This document shows, one piece after another, positions 16,556 to 24,616 of a stretch of 64,000 nt of DNA. The stretch is from contig CAVVLJ010000016.1 in the NCBI GenBank assembly GCA_963749075.1, forward strand, positions 864,001-928,000. Reading direction: 5' to 3'. This DNA is from an uncultured Pseudomonadota bacterium (GTDB taxonomy: Bacteria; Pseudomonadota; Alphaproteobacteria; JACZXZ01). Position 1 is the first letter of the stretch. Every line of letters starts with the position of its first letter. Below the pieces are notes generated by a model. The model ran no database searches. It was not told where the DNA came from and saw nothing but the letters and a program-made list of their open reading frames with translations. The translations under genes were made by a program, and so were the position numbers.

Positions 16556-18355
16556 ATGAACGGGCAGGACCAGGCGATCCGCTTCCAGTTCACCGAGGAT
16601 ATGAGGGGCTTCATCGCCTTCGGTCAATCCAACTACCAGGACGGCTACGACCAGGGCGTGAAAGACGGCACGCCCTTCATGTTCCATCTCACCCTCAAGA
16701 CGGATGACCTCGATCGCTTCCTCTCGACGCCGCAGCATGAGGCCGAGGCGATCGGCTACGTCGATTGTGCCGCTCTCGGCGGGCGCTGCCCGGTCGAGCG
16801 CGGCTGGTTCAATCTTTTCATCGACACCGCCGATGCCGATCGCAAGCTGATGACCTATCGCCTTTTCTTCCGCGACGCCGAGAACCGGCCCTTGACGCTG
16901 AGCGGCCATAAGCAGGTGCAGGACAAGCCGGGCTTCAACGTCTGGAAGGATACCACGACGCTCTTCACCAATCTGTTTGCCGGCCATATCGCGAAGGACG
17001 AGGAAGCGTCGGAGTCGCTCAAGGCGGTCGGGATTCTCCATATCGGCATGCTCGATTTCGCCAAGGAGCTCGCCACGGTCCGCGCCTTCGCCCCGACCTT
17101 TGCCGGCCGCGTGGCGGCGCTGGAGAGGTTCGGCCGCTACTTCCTCGGCTCCTTATGGCAGACCTACGGTCACTTGCCGTCCCTCAAGATGGGCCGCTTC
17201 GACCGCGAGATCCCGCTTTACACGACCGAGGGGGTGGTGGGCGCTGAGATCACCAGCCATCCCTTCACCACCGGCGACAAGCTGGGATTGAGCATGCTGC
17301 GCTTCCAAAAGGCCCCCGCCGACGATGTCGTGCTGATCATCCACGGGCTCACCACCTCGAGCGACATGTTCATCATGCCCGAGCATTACAATCTGGTGCA
17401 ATTCCTGCTGGACAACGGCTTCTCCGACGTTTGGACCCTCGATTTCCGCATGAGCAATCGCTTCTCCTACAATCTGCACCGCAACCGCTACAACATGGAC
17501 AACGTCGCGCTGTTCGACTATCCGGCGGCGCTCGCGACCCTGCGCGCGCGGATCGGGCACGGCGCGCGGCTCCACGTCATCTGCCACTGCCTCGGCTCGG
17601 TCTCCTTCACGATGAGCCTGTTCGGCAAGGCGGTGACGGGTGTCTCGAGCGTCATCGCCAACAGCGTCGCGCTGACGCCCTGTGTGCCGGGCTGGTCGCG
17701 GTTCAAGCTCACCCTCGCGCCGTTCCTTTGCGATTACGTCTTCGGAATCGAGTACGCCAATCCCTATTGGCGGCGCGAGCCGGGCTTCTCGGTGGGGAAG
17801 GTCCTGGCGACGATGGTCTCGGCGTTCCATCGCGAGTGCGACGTGCCCGAATGCCACATGCTGAGCTTCATGTGGGGCACGGGATGGCCCGCGCTCTACA
17901 GCCACGAAAACCTGCACGACTTGACCCATCGCCGGGGCGGCGATCTCTACGGCGGCGTCAGCTTCCAATATTTCCGCCATGTTCTGAAGATGGTGTCGGC
18001 GGGCAACACGGCCGTCAAATACGACGAGCGCGATCCGACATATTCATCCCTGCCCAGCGACTATCTGCAATATGCCCGGGAGATCGAGACCCCCGTTCTG
18101 TTCATGACGGGAGAGGACAACCACATCTTCGCGGATTCCAATATCCGATGCTACGAGCGGTTGCAAAAGCTCGTGCCCGGCCGGCATGAGCTGCAGGTTT
18201 TTCCGAATTACGGCCATCAGGACGTGTTCATGGGCAAGAATTGCCATATCAACGTCTTTCCGCGCCTGCTCGAATTCCTCAAGCGTCAACGCGACAAGCA
18301 CCGGTCGCCAACCGCCGTCGTGCCGCCCGCTCGAGCGGCGAGCGGCGGCGGCTGA
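16556..18355 (+). CDS. Two-domain protein: unassigned ~200-aa N-terminal domain plus alpha/beta-hydrolase with a Cys nucleophile
   Basis: VLIIHGL, VWTLDFR, elbow ICHCLGS, PVLFMTGEDN, YGHQD. Confidence 0.82.
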   Translation: MNGQDQAIRFQFTEDMRGFIAFGQSNYQDGYDQGVKDGTPFMFHLTLKTDDLDRFLSTPQHEAEAIGYVDCAALGGRCPVERGWFNLFIDTADADRKLMTYRLFFRDAENRPLTLSGHKQVQDKPGFNVWKDTTTLFTNLFAGHIAKDEEASESLKAVGILHIGMLDFAKELATVRAFAPTFAGRVAALERFGRYFLGSLWQTYGHLPSLKMGRFDREIPLYTTEGVVGAEITSHPFTTGDKLGLSMLRFQKAPADDVVLIIHGLTTSSDMFIMPEHYNLVQFLLDNGFSDVWTLDFRMSNRFSYNLHRNRYNMDNVALFDYPAALATLRARIGHGARLHVICHCLGSVSFTMSLFGKAVTGVSSVIANSVALTPCVPGWSRFKLTLAPFLCDYVFGIEYANPYWRREPGFSVGKVLATMVSAFHRECDVPECHMLSFMWGTGWPALYSHENLHDLTHRRGGDLYGGVSFQYFRHVLKMVSAGNTAVKYDERDPTYSSLPSDYLQYAREIETPVLFMTGEDNHIFADSNIRCYERLQKLVPGRHELQVFPNYGHQDVFMGKNCHINVFPRLLEFLKRQRDKHRSPTAVVPPARAASGGG

Positions 18356-18527
18356 GGGCAGCCCGCCCCTCGAGAGCGAACCCGAGCCTGGCCCGGTCGG
18401 TCCTCCCTTACGGGCGGGGCGGCGCCTGGTCTCGCGCAGCGCTGCCGCATTCTCCTTGTGAGCACCCCTCGTTGGCGGCACAATATCCGCGCAAGACCGG
18501 CGGCGGCACGGCGATAGGGGGACAACC

Positions 18528-19820
18528 ATGGTCGCGGCAACCCGGCACGAGAACGCCCCGGCGCACGGCTCGTCGAAGCAAGCGGTTGCGGCCGCGGTCG
18601 TCGGCAACGTGCTCGAGTGGTACGACTTCTCGGTCTACGCCTACGTCGCCACCACCATCGCCAAGAAGTTCTTCCCGGCCGGCGACAACGTCTCGGCGCT
18701 GCTCTCCACCTTTCTCGTCTTCGGCCTCGGCTTCCTGGCACGACCGCTCGGCGGCATCGTGATCGGGCGCTACGGCGACGTGCGCGGGCGCAAGGCCGCC
18801 CTCGTGCTCACCATCATGTTGATGGCCTCGGGCACCGTGCTGATCGGCGTCATTCCGAGCTATGCCTCGATCGGCGTCTTGGCTCCCATCCTCCTCGTCT
18901 TAGCGCGCCTGATGCAGGGCTTTTCCGCGGGCGGCGAGTGGGGCGGCTCGACGGCGTTCCTCGTCGAATGGGCGCCCGAGCCCCGCCGCGGGCTCTACGG
19001 CAGCTTTCAGCAGGCGAGCGTGGTGGGCGGCATCGTGCTGGGCTCCGGCATCGCGGCACTGGTCAGCACGATCCTCTCGCCGGACGCCATGGACGGCTGG
19101 GGCTGGCGCGTTCTCTTCCTGCTCGGCGGCATCCTGGGGCCGGTCGGCATGTACATGCGCCGGAACATCGGCGAGACGCCGGCCTACGAGCGCAGCAAGC
19201 GCGAGCCGGCGCCGGCGGCGCGCCTAGGCAACGTCTCCCCGCTCTGGCTTGCCGTGCGCGCCTTCGGCTTCACCATCAACTGGACGGTGATCTTCTATAT
19301 CTTCCTCTCCTACATGCCGACCTTCGCCCAGAAATACCTGCACATCGGACGGCCCGAGTCGCTGTGGTCGAACACCATCGGGGTGGTCGTGCTCATGGCG
19401 GCGATCCCGCTCATGGGCCATCTCTCGGACCGCTACGGCCGCAAGCCTTTTCTGCTGCTCTGCTGCGCGTGCTTCATCCTGCTGCCCTATCCCATCTTCG
19501 CCCTCATGCTCTCGGGCGTGTCGCTCGGCACCTTCATCCTGATCCAGGTCGCCGTCGGCCTGATGATCTCGCTCTTCTCCGGTCCGGGGCCGGCCGCCAT
19601 CTCGGAGATCTTCCCGACGCGGGTGCGCTCCACCTGGATGACGAGCGGCTATGCGCTCGCGGTCGCCATCTTCGGCGGCTTCGCGCCCTCCATCGCCATC
19701 TGGCTCATCGCCGTGACCGGGTCGCCGATCTCGCCGGTCTATTACGTGATCGCGGCGGCGGCGGTGAGCGCCATCTTCATCGCCAACCTCAAGGAGACGG
19801 CGCACGGGCGCCTGCCTTGA
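18528..19820 (+). CDS. MFS transporter, MHS (ProP-like) family
   Basis: GNVLEWYDF, RPLGG, RLMQGFSAGGEWGG, LSDRYGRK. Confidence 0.93.
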   Translation: MVAATRHENAPAHGSSKQAVAAAVVGNVLEWYDFSVYAYVATTIAKKFFPAGDNVSALLSTFLVFGLGFLARPLGGIVIGRYGDVRGRKAALVLTIMLMASGTVLIGVIPSYASIGVLAPILLVLARLMQGFSAGGEWGGSTAFLVEWAPEPRRGLYGSFQQASVVGGIVLGSGIAALVSTILSPDAMDGWGWRVLFLLGGILGPVGMYMRRNIGETPAYERSKREPAPAARLGNVSPLWLAVRAFGFTINWTVIFYIFLSYMPTFAQKYLHIGRPESLWSNTIGVVVLMAAIPLMGHLSDRYGRKPFLLLCCACFILLPYPIFALMLSGVSLGTFILIQVAVGLMISLFSGPGPAAISEIFPTRVRSTWMTSGYALAVAIFGGFAPSIAIWLIAVTGSPISPVYYVIAAAAVSAIFIANLKETAHGRLP

Positions 19821-19845
19821 GCGGAGAGAACGGCCGGAGGATGTC

Positions 19846-20748
19846 ATGAACGTGCAAGCCCCCACCCTCGAGCCCTGGCAGTGGCCGGAGGAGCATTGGC
19901 GGAAGCTCGTCGCCCGGGTGCGCGCAGGCAGGCCGCTCAGGCCCAAGGCATGGAAGGACGGTGCGCGCTGCGCCATCGCACTCTCCTTCGATTCCGATCA
20001 CGAGACGAACGAGCTCAGGGACGGCGGCAAGTCGATCGGCCGGCTGGCTTGGGGGCAATACGGCACCCGCGTGGGCGTGCCGCGCATCCTCAAGATTCTC
20101 GACAGGTACGGCGTCAAGGCGAGCTTCTACGTGCCCGCGGTCGCCGCCCTCCTCCATCCCGAGGAGCAGCGCCGCGTCGTGGCCGAAGGCCATGAGATCG
20201 GCATCCACGGCTGGATCCACGAGCTCAACTCGGTGCTGCCGTATGACGCCGAGCGCGATCTCATGCTGCGCTCGGCCGACACGCTCGAGAAAATCGCCGG
20301 CGTGCGCCCGGTGGGCTTGCGGACGCCGTCATGGGATTTCAGTCCGAACACGCTCGCCATCGAGAAGGAGATGGGCCTCGCCTACAACTCCTCGCTGATG
20401 TCCGACGAGGACTGCTACGAGCTGGTGATGGACGGCGAGCCAACCGGCATCGTCGAGCTCCCGGTCGAATGGGTGCGCGACGACGCGGTCTATTTCATGA
20501 TGCACCGCTTCCAGCAGCTCAGGCCCTATACCCCGCCCGCCGCCGTCTTCGACATCTTCCGCCGCGAGCTCGACGCGGCCTACGAGGAGGGCGGCATCTT
20601 CCAGCTCACCATGCACCCGCACGTCATCGGCTACCGCTCGCGCTCCTGGATCATCGAGGAGATCATCCGCCACGCCCGCGCCAAGGGCGACGTGTGGTTC
20701 GCGACGCATGCGGAGGTCGCGGCGTGGGCGAAGACGCATGCGGGGTGA
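19846..20748 (+). CDS. Polysaccharide deacetylase (CE4; HpPgdA/PuuE-like) family
   Basis: SFDSD, YGTRVGVPRIL, HEIGIHGWIHE, RTPSW, TMHPHVIG. Confidence 0.88.
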   Translation: MNVQAPTLEPWQWPEEHWRKLVARVRAGRPLRPKAWKDGARCAIALSFDSDHETNELRDGGKSIGRLAWGQYGTRVGVPRILKILDRYGVKASFYVPAVAALLHPEEQRRVVAEGHEIGIHGWIHELNSVLPYDAERDLMLRSADTLEKIAGVRPVGLRTPSWDFSPNTLAIEKEMGLAYNSSLMSDEDCYELVMDGEPTGIVELPVEWVRDDAVYFMMHRFQQLRPYTPPAAVFDIFRRELDAAYEEGGIFQLTMHPHVIGYRSRSWIIEEIIRHARAKGDVWFATHAEVAAWAKTHAG

Positions 20749-20753
20749 GTGGA

Positions 20754-20830
20754 CCCCCCCACCCCAACCCTCTCCCGCAAGCGGGAGAGGGAGGGACCCA
20801 TGGCTGAGAGGCCATGGGAGGGTGAGGGAC
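20754..20830. repeat. REP-like palindromic element between convergent genes
   Basis: CCCACCCCAACCCTCTCCCGCAAGCGGGAGAGGG...CCCATGGC-TGAGAG-GCCATGGG...GGGTGAGGGAC. Confidence 0.85.
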
Positions 20831-20837
20831 AGCACCG

Positions 20838-22229
20838 CTACTGCACCAGCCCCGGCCGCCGCTTCGCCCACTCGGTCGCCTTCTCATAGGCGTGCCCGGC
20901 GCGCAGCACGAGCGCCTCCTCGAAGGGGCGGCCGGCGATCTGCATGCCGAGCGGCAGGCCGCTCTCCGTGAAGCCGCAGCGTAGCGCCAAGGCGGGTGCC
21001 CCCGTGACGTTGTAGGGGAAGGTGAGGGACGGGCGCTCGAACGAGCTGAACTTGCCGACCTCCTCGATGAGCGGCGCCTCGCTCGGCATCACCGCGGAAA
21101 TGACGAGATCGACCTCGCGCATGAGCTCGGCATAACGCGCGCAAAGCTCACGTCGAAAGCGTTGGGCCTCGATGTAGTCGGCGGCGGTGACGAAGGCGGC
21201 GAGGCGCAGGCGGTCGCGCATGTATTCGCCGTAGTCCTGCGGCCGCGACTTGAGCCACGGCCCGTGGAGGGTGAAGGCCTCGCTCATCATGATCAGCATG
21301 CCGCAGGCATGCCAGTCGTCGAGCGGCGGGAGGCGCACGTCGCGCACCTCGGCGCCGAGCGCCTGGAAGACCGGAAGCGCTGCCTCGAGCGCTCCCCTGA
21401 CCGCGTCGTTGGCCGGGTTGTCGCGCTCGTGGAAATGGCGGACGAAGCCGATGCTGAGGCCCTTGAGCGAGCCGCCAAGGCCGGCGCGGTAGTCGGGGAT
21501 CGCTACCTTGGCGCTCCCGGGGTCCTCGGGGTCGTGGCCGGCCATCGCCTGGAGGAGGATGGCGCAGTCCTCCACGCACCAGGCCATGGGCCCGGCATGG
21601 TCGAGGGAATAGGCGAGCGGCAGGATGCCGCGGCGCGAGACGAGGCCGTAGGTCGGCTTGATGCCGGCAATACCGCAATAGAAGGCGGGCCCGCGGATCG
21701 AGCCGCCGGTATCCGAGCCGGTGCCGCCGAGGATGAGCCCGGCCGCGACCGCGGCTCCCGTGCCGCTCGACGAGCCGCCGGTGAAGCGCCGCGTATCCCA
21801 GGGGTTGCGCGCGGGCGGCCAGGGCAGGTCGAACGACGGCCCGCCCCAGGCGAACTCGTGGGTGGCGAGCTTGCCGAGCATGACCGTGCCCGCCTCGGCG
21901 AGCCTGGCGACGGCGACCGCATCCTCCGCGGGCACATCGTCGATGAGCAGCTTCGAATGCGCAGTTGTCGTCAGGCCCTTGGTGCAATAGATGTCCTTGT
22001 GGGCGATGGGGATGCCGTGAAGCGGCCCCTTGGATCGCCCGGCCATGATCGCCGCCTCGGCGGCCTTGGCCTCGGCAAGGGCGCGCTCCTCCGTCACGCG
22101 GATGAAGGCGTTGAGCGTGCCGTTGAGCCGCGCCACGCGCGCGAGGCAGGCCCGCGTGAGCTCGACCGGGGAGAGCTTGCGCGCCGCGATCAGTGCCGCG
22201 GCTTCGGCGATCGTCGGGATGTCGGCCAC
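20838..22229 (-). CDS. Amidase-signature family enzyme
   Basis: GPLHGIPIAHKD, GGSSSG, GSDTGGSIRGPA, GIKPTYG; GTG start inferred. Confidence 0.92.
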   Translation of the reverse strand: MADIPTIAEAAALIAARKLSPVELTRACLARVARLNGTLNAFIRVTEERALAEAKAAEAAIMAGRSKGPLHGIPIAHKDIYCTKGLTTTAHSKLLIDDVPAEDAVAVARLAEAGTVMLGKLATHEFAWGGPSFDLPWPPARNPWDTRRFTGGSSSGTGAAVAAGLILGGTGSDTGGSIRGPAFYCGIAGIKPTYGLVSRRGILPLAYSLDHAGPMAWCVEDCAILLQAMAGHDPEDPGSAKVAIPDYRAGLGGSLKGLSIGFVRHFHERDNPANDAVRGALEAALPVFQALGAEVRDVRLPPLDDWHACGMLIMMSEAFTLHGPWLKSRPQDYGEYMRDRLRLAAFVTAADYIEAQRFRRELCARYAELMREVDLVISAVMPSEAPLIEEVGKFSSFERPSLTFPYNVTGAPALALRCGFTESGLPLGMQIAGRPFEEALVLRAGHAYEKATEWAKRRPGLVQ

Positions 22230-22236
22230 GGCGCGC

Positions 22237-22431
22237 TCAGCTCCCGGCCTTGAAGACGACCGCCAGCTCCGCCTCCCGCGGGCGCCGGCCGTCGCCGCGC
22301 ACGCGGGCGGCCATGGCCTCGACGTGGCCATAGACCTCGTAGAGCTCGCCCTTCTCCTTGTCCGTGAGCGCTAAGCCGCTGCGCACGACGAGCGCCTCGA
22401 AGATGTCGCGGCTAATGCTGGGCTTCGGCAT
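22237..22431 (-). CDS. 64-aa small protein, likely AtzG/GatC-like amidase partner
   Basis: MPKPSISRDIFEALVVRSGLALT...EAELAVVFKAGS; ends 7 bp before the amidase start; helical with an E(P/L)A.VF-type tail. Confidence 0.65.
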   Translation of the reverse strand: MPKPSISRDIFEALVVRSGLALTDKEKGELYEVYGHVEAMAARVRGDGRRPREAELAVVFKAGS

Positions 22432-22696
22432 GGGATGTCGCGCTAGGCGCTCCTCCTCACATAGCCGTCGTACCGGTTGCTGAGGCCCACGCCCGACCGG
22501 ACGCACTCGCCGCCCACCGCGGCGAGGCCGGCGCCCTCGATGAGCGCGCGCCTCGAGCCGTCCGGCGCAGCCGTCGCCATGGTCCCCTCCCTCGCTTGCG
22601 GCCTCAGCTCCGTGCTTAGCGTGAATCGAAGCACTTTCACTGGCACGTGGCAATGGCGCCACACGGCTTGCTGCCGGCGGGTTGAGCGTGCCGCTC

Positions 22697-22739
22697 TTGA
22701 ACATCGCTCAGCCTGGCATATACTAATGTATATGCCAGG
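22697..22739 (+). promoter_or_regulatory. vapBC sigma70 promoter with an overlapping perfect inverted-repeat operator
   Basis: TTGAAC (22697)-16 nt-TATACT (22719); CCTGGCATATAC-TAAT-GTATATGCCAGG (22712-22739); AAGGAGG RBS follows. Confidence 0.8.
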
Positions 22740-22757
22740 GCAAAAGGAGGTGGGATC

Positions 22758-22985
22758 ATGCGGAGAAAAGCCAAGATTTTCATGAACAACCGTAGCCAAG
22801 CCGTGCGGCTCCCAAAGGAGTATCAATTCGACACGCAAGAAGTGTTCATCCGCAAGGTGGGCGACGAGGTCATCCTGTCGCCACGCCCGGCGGATTGGTC
22901 GTCATACCTGGCGAACGGACCCGTGGCCTCGGCGGATTTCATGAGCGGCGTGGAGGATCTGCCGGTGCAGGAGCGCGAGCATTAA
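22758..22985 (+). CDS. vapB: Antitoxin VapB (AbrB/SpoVT fold)
   Basis: AKIFMNNRSQAVRLPKEYQF...VFIRKVGDEVILSP. Confidence 0.93.
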   Translation: MRRKAKIFMNNRSQAVRLPKEYQFDTQEVFIRKVGDEVILSPRPADWSSYLANGPVASADFMSGVEDLPVQEREH

Positions 22986-23389
22986 TGCCGCGTTACATGC
23001 TGGACACCGATATATGCTCCTGCATCATGAAGCGTTCGAACGATGCGGTACTGAGGCGCTTGCAAAGCGTGCCGGTGGATGATGTCTGCATCTCGGTCAT
23101 TACGACGTCGGAGCTTCTGTTCGGGGTCGAATTGTCTTCTCGACGGCGCCAGGACGGCGCCGCCGTCGAGGCCTTCCTTCGCCACGTCGCCGTCCTCGAT
23201 TTTCCGAGCGACGCGGCGGCCCACCATGCCGATATCCGCGCCGGCCTGAAGGTGCTGGGCGAAATGATCGGCGCGAACGATCTGTTCATCGCCGCCCATG
23301 CGCGCGCTCTCGATTTGACGCTGGTCACGAACAACACGCGGGAGTTCGGTCGAGTGCCGGGGCTGATGATCGAAAATTGGACGGAGTGA
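22985..23389 (+). CDS. vapC: Toxin VapC (PIN-domain ribonuclease)
   Basis: YMLDTD, SEL..G, IGANDLFIAAHA, LVTNNTREF; TAATG coupling to vapB. Confidence 0.93.
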   Translation: MPRYMLDTDICSCIMKRSNDAVLRRLQSVPVDDVCISVITTSELLFGVELSSRRRQDGAAVEAFLRHVAVLDFPSDAAAHHADIRAGLKVLGEMIGANDLFIAAHARALDLTLVTNNTREFGRVPGLMIENWTE

Positions 23390-23550
23390 CGAAGGCAAGG
23401 CTGTCTGGGCGAACCGCCTTGCCCCATGCCAATGGATGGCGGATAGTGCGGTTCGTTGGCGCCTTGGCGCGCCCCGTCCGAGCCCGGCCGTAGAAGCCGG
23501 ATTGCCGCTGCAATGGCGCGCGGGACGGCTCACGGGAGGAGGGCAACAGC

Positions 23551-24588
23551 ATGAAGCGCAGGAGCTTTCTCCAGGCGACGGCCGCGGCATCGGCGCTCGC
23601 CATGATGGCAACGGCCGCGCGCGCGGAAGCTGCGGAGGCGGCGGATGTCGAGGCGGCCAAGAAGGAAGGCGAAGTGAGCTGGTACACGGCGCACTTCGAC
23701 ACCCAGACCGCGGAGGCCCTCGGCAACGGCTTCATGAAGCAGTATCCGGGGATCAAGGCGACCGTGTTCCGCAGCACCGCCCAGGTCGTCTACCAGCGCC
23801 TGAGCCAGGACATGCGCGCCGGCGTTGCCGAGTGCGACGTCTTCAGCTCGACGGACGTGGGCCACTACGTGCATCTCAAGCCCATGGGCGTCTTCCTCAA
23901 ATGGACGCCGCCCAACGAGAGCGGCCTGATCGCGGCCTTCAGGGGCCTCGACCCGGACGGCGAATATTTCACGACCTCGATCGGGCTCGTCTGCATCAAC
24001 TACAACAAGACGAAGGTGAAGGAGGACGAGCTGCCGAGGAGCTGGGCGGATCTGCTCGATCCCAAGTGGAAGAACCAGATTTCCGTGGGTCACCCCGGCT
24101 TCAGCGGCTACGTCGGCACCTGGGTCGTCGAGATGCGCAAGCTCTACGGCTGGGACTATTTCGAGAAGCTCAAGGCGAACAATCCCCAGATCGGCCGCTC
24201 GATCAACGACACGGTGACCATGCTCAATTCGGGCGAGCGTACGCTCGGCGCCGGGCCCGAGGGGCTGACGCTCGAGACCGCGGCCAGGGGGAACCCGCTC
24301 GGCGTCGTCTATCCGAGCGACGGCACGCTCCTCATGATCTCGCCCTCGGCGATCATGAAGAATACGCGGCGGCCCAACGCGTCCAAGCTCTTCATGGATT
24401 ATCTGATGAGCGCGGAAGGCTCCAAGGTGCTGGCGGAACATTTCCAAGACCCGATGGTGCCGGGTGTCGCACCGGCACCGGGCGCCAAGTCGCTGACGGA
24501 GATCAAGACGATACGGCCCACCGTGGACGAGATCTCGAGCGGCATTCCCGAGGTCATCAAGGCGTGGCGGGAAACCTTCGGCGTATGA
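23551..24588 (+). CDS. ABC substrate-binding protein (Fe3+/thiamine-like cluster) with Tat-type signal
   Basis: MKRRSFLQ, AAKKEGEVSWY, PRSWADLLDPKWK, LFMDYLMS. Confidence 0.88.
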   Translation: MKRRSFLQATAAASALAMMATAARAEAAEAADVEAAKKEGEVSWYTAHFDTQTAEALGNGFMKQYPGIKATVFRSTAQVVYQRLSQDMRAGVAECDVFSSTDVGHYVHLKPMGVFLKWTPPNESGLIAAFRGLDPDGEYFTTSIGLVCINYNKTKVKEDELPRSWADLLDPKWKNQISVGHPGFSGYVGTWVVEMRKLYGWDYFEKLKANNPQIGRSINDTVTMLNSGERTLGAGPEGLTLETAARGNPLGVVYPSDGTLLMISPSAIMKNTRRPNASKLFMDYLMSAEGSKVLAEHFQDPMVPGVAPAPGAKSLTEIKTIRPTVDEISSGIPEVIKAWRETFGV

Positions 24589-24616
24589 CGGTCCGGCCGG
24601 CGATCGGGGAGGCGCG

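Noticed and set aside
20838-22431. gatCA (Glu-tRNA amidotransferase)
   Set aside because: No gatB, and the amidase has HEFAWG rather than the GatA DEFAMG pattern
22641-22660. Possible sigma54 site starting TGGCAC
   Set aside because: No correctly spaced TTGC -12 element on either strand
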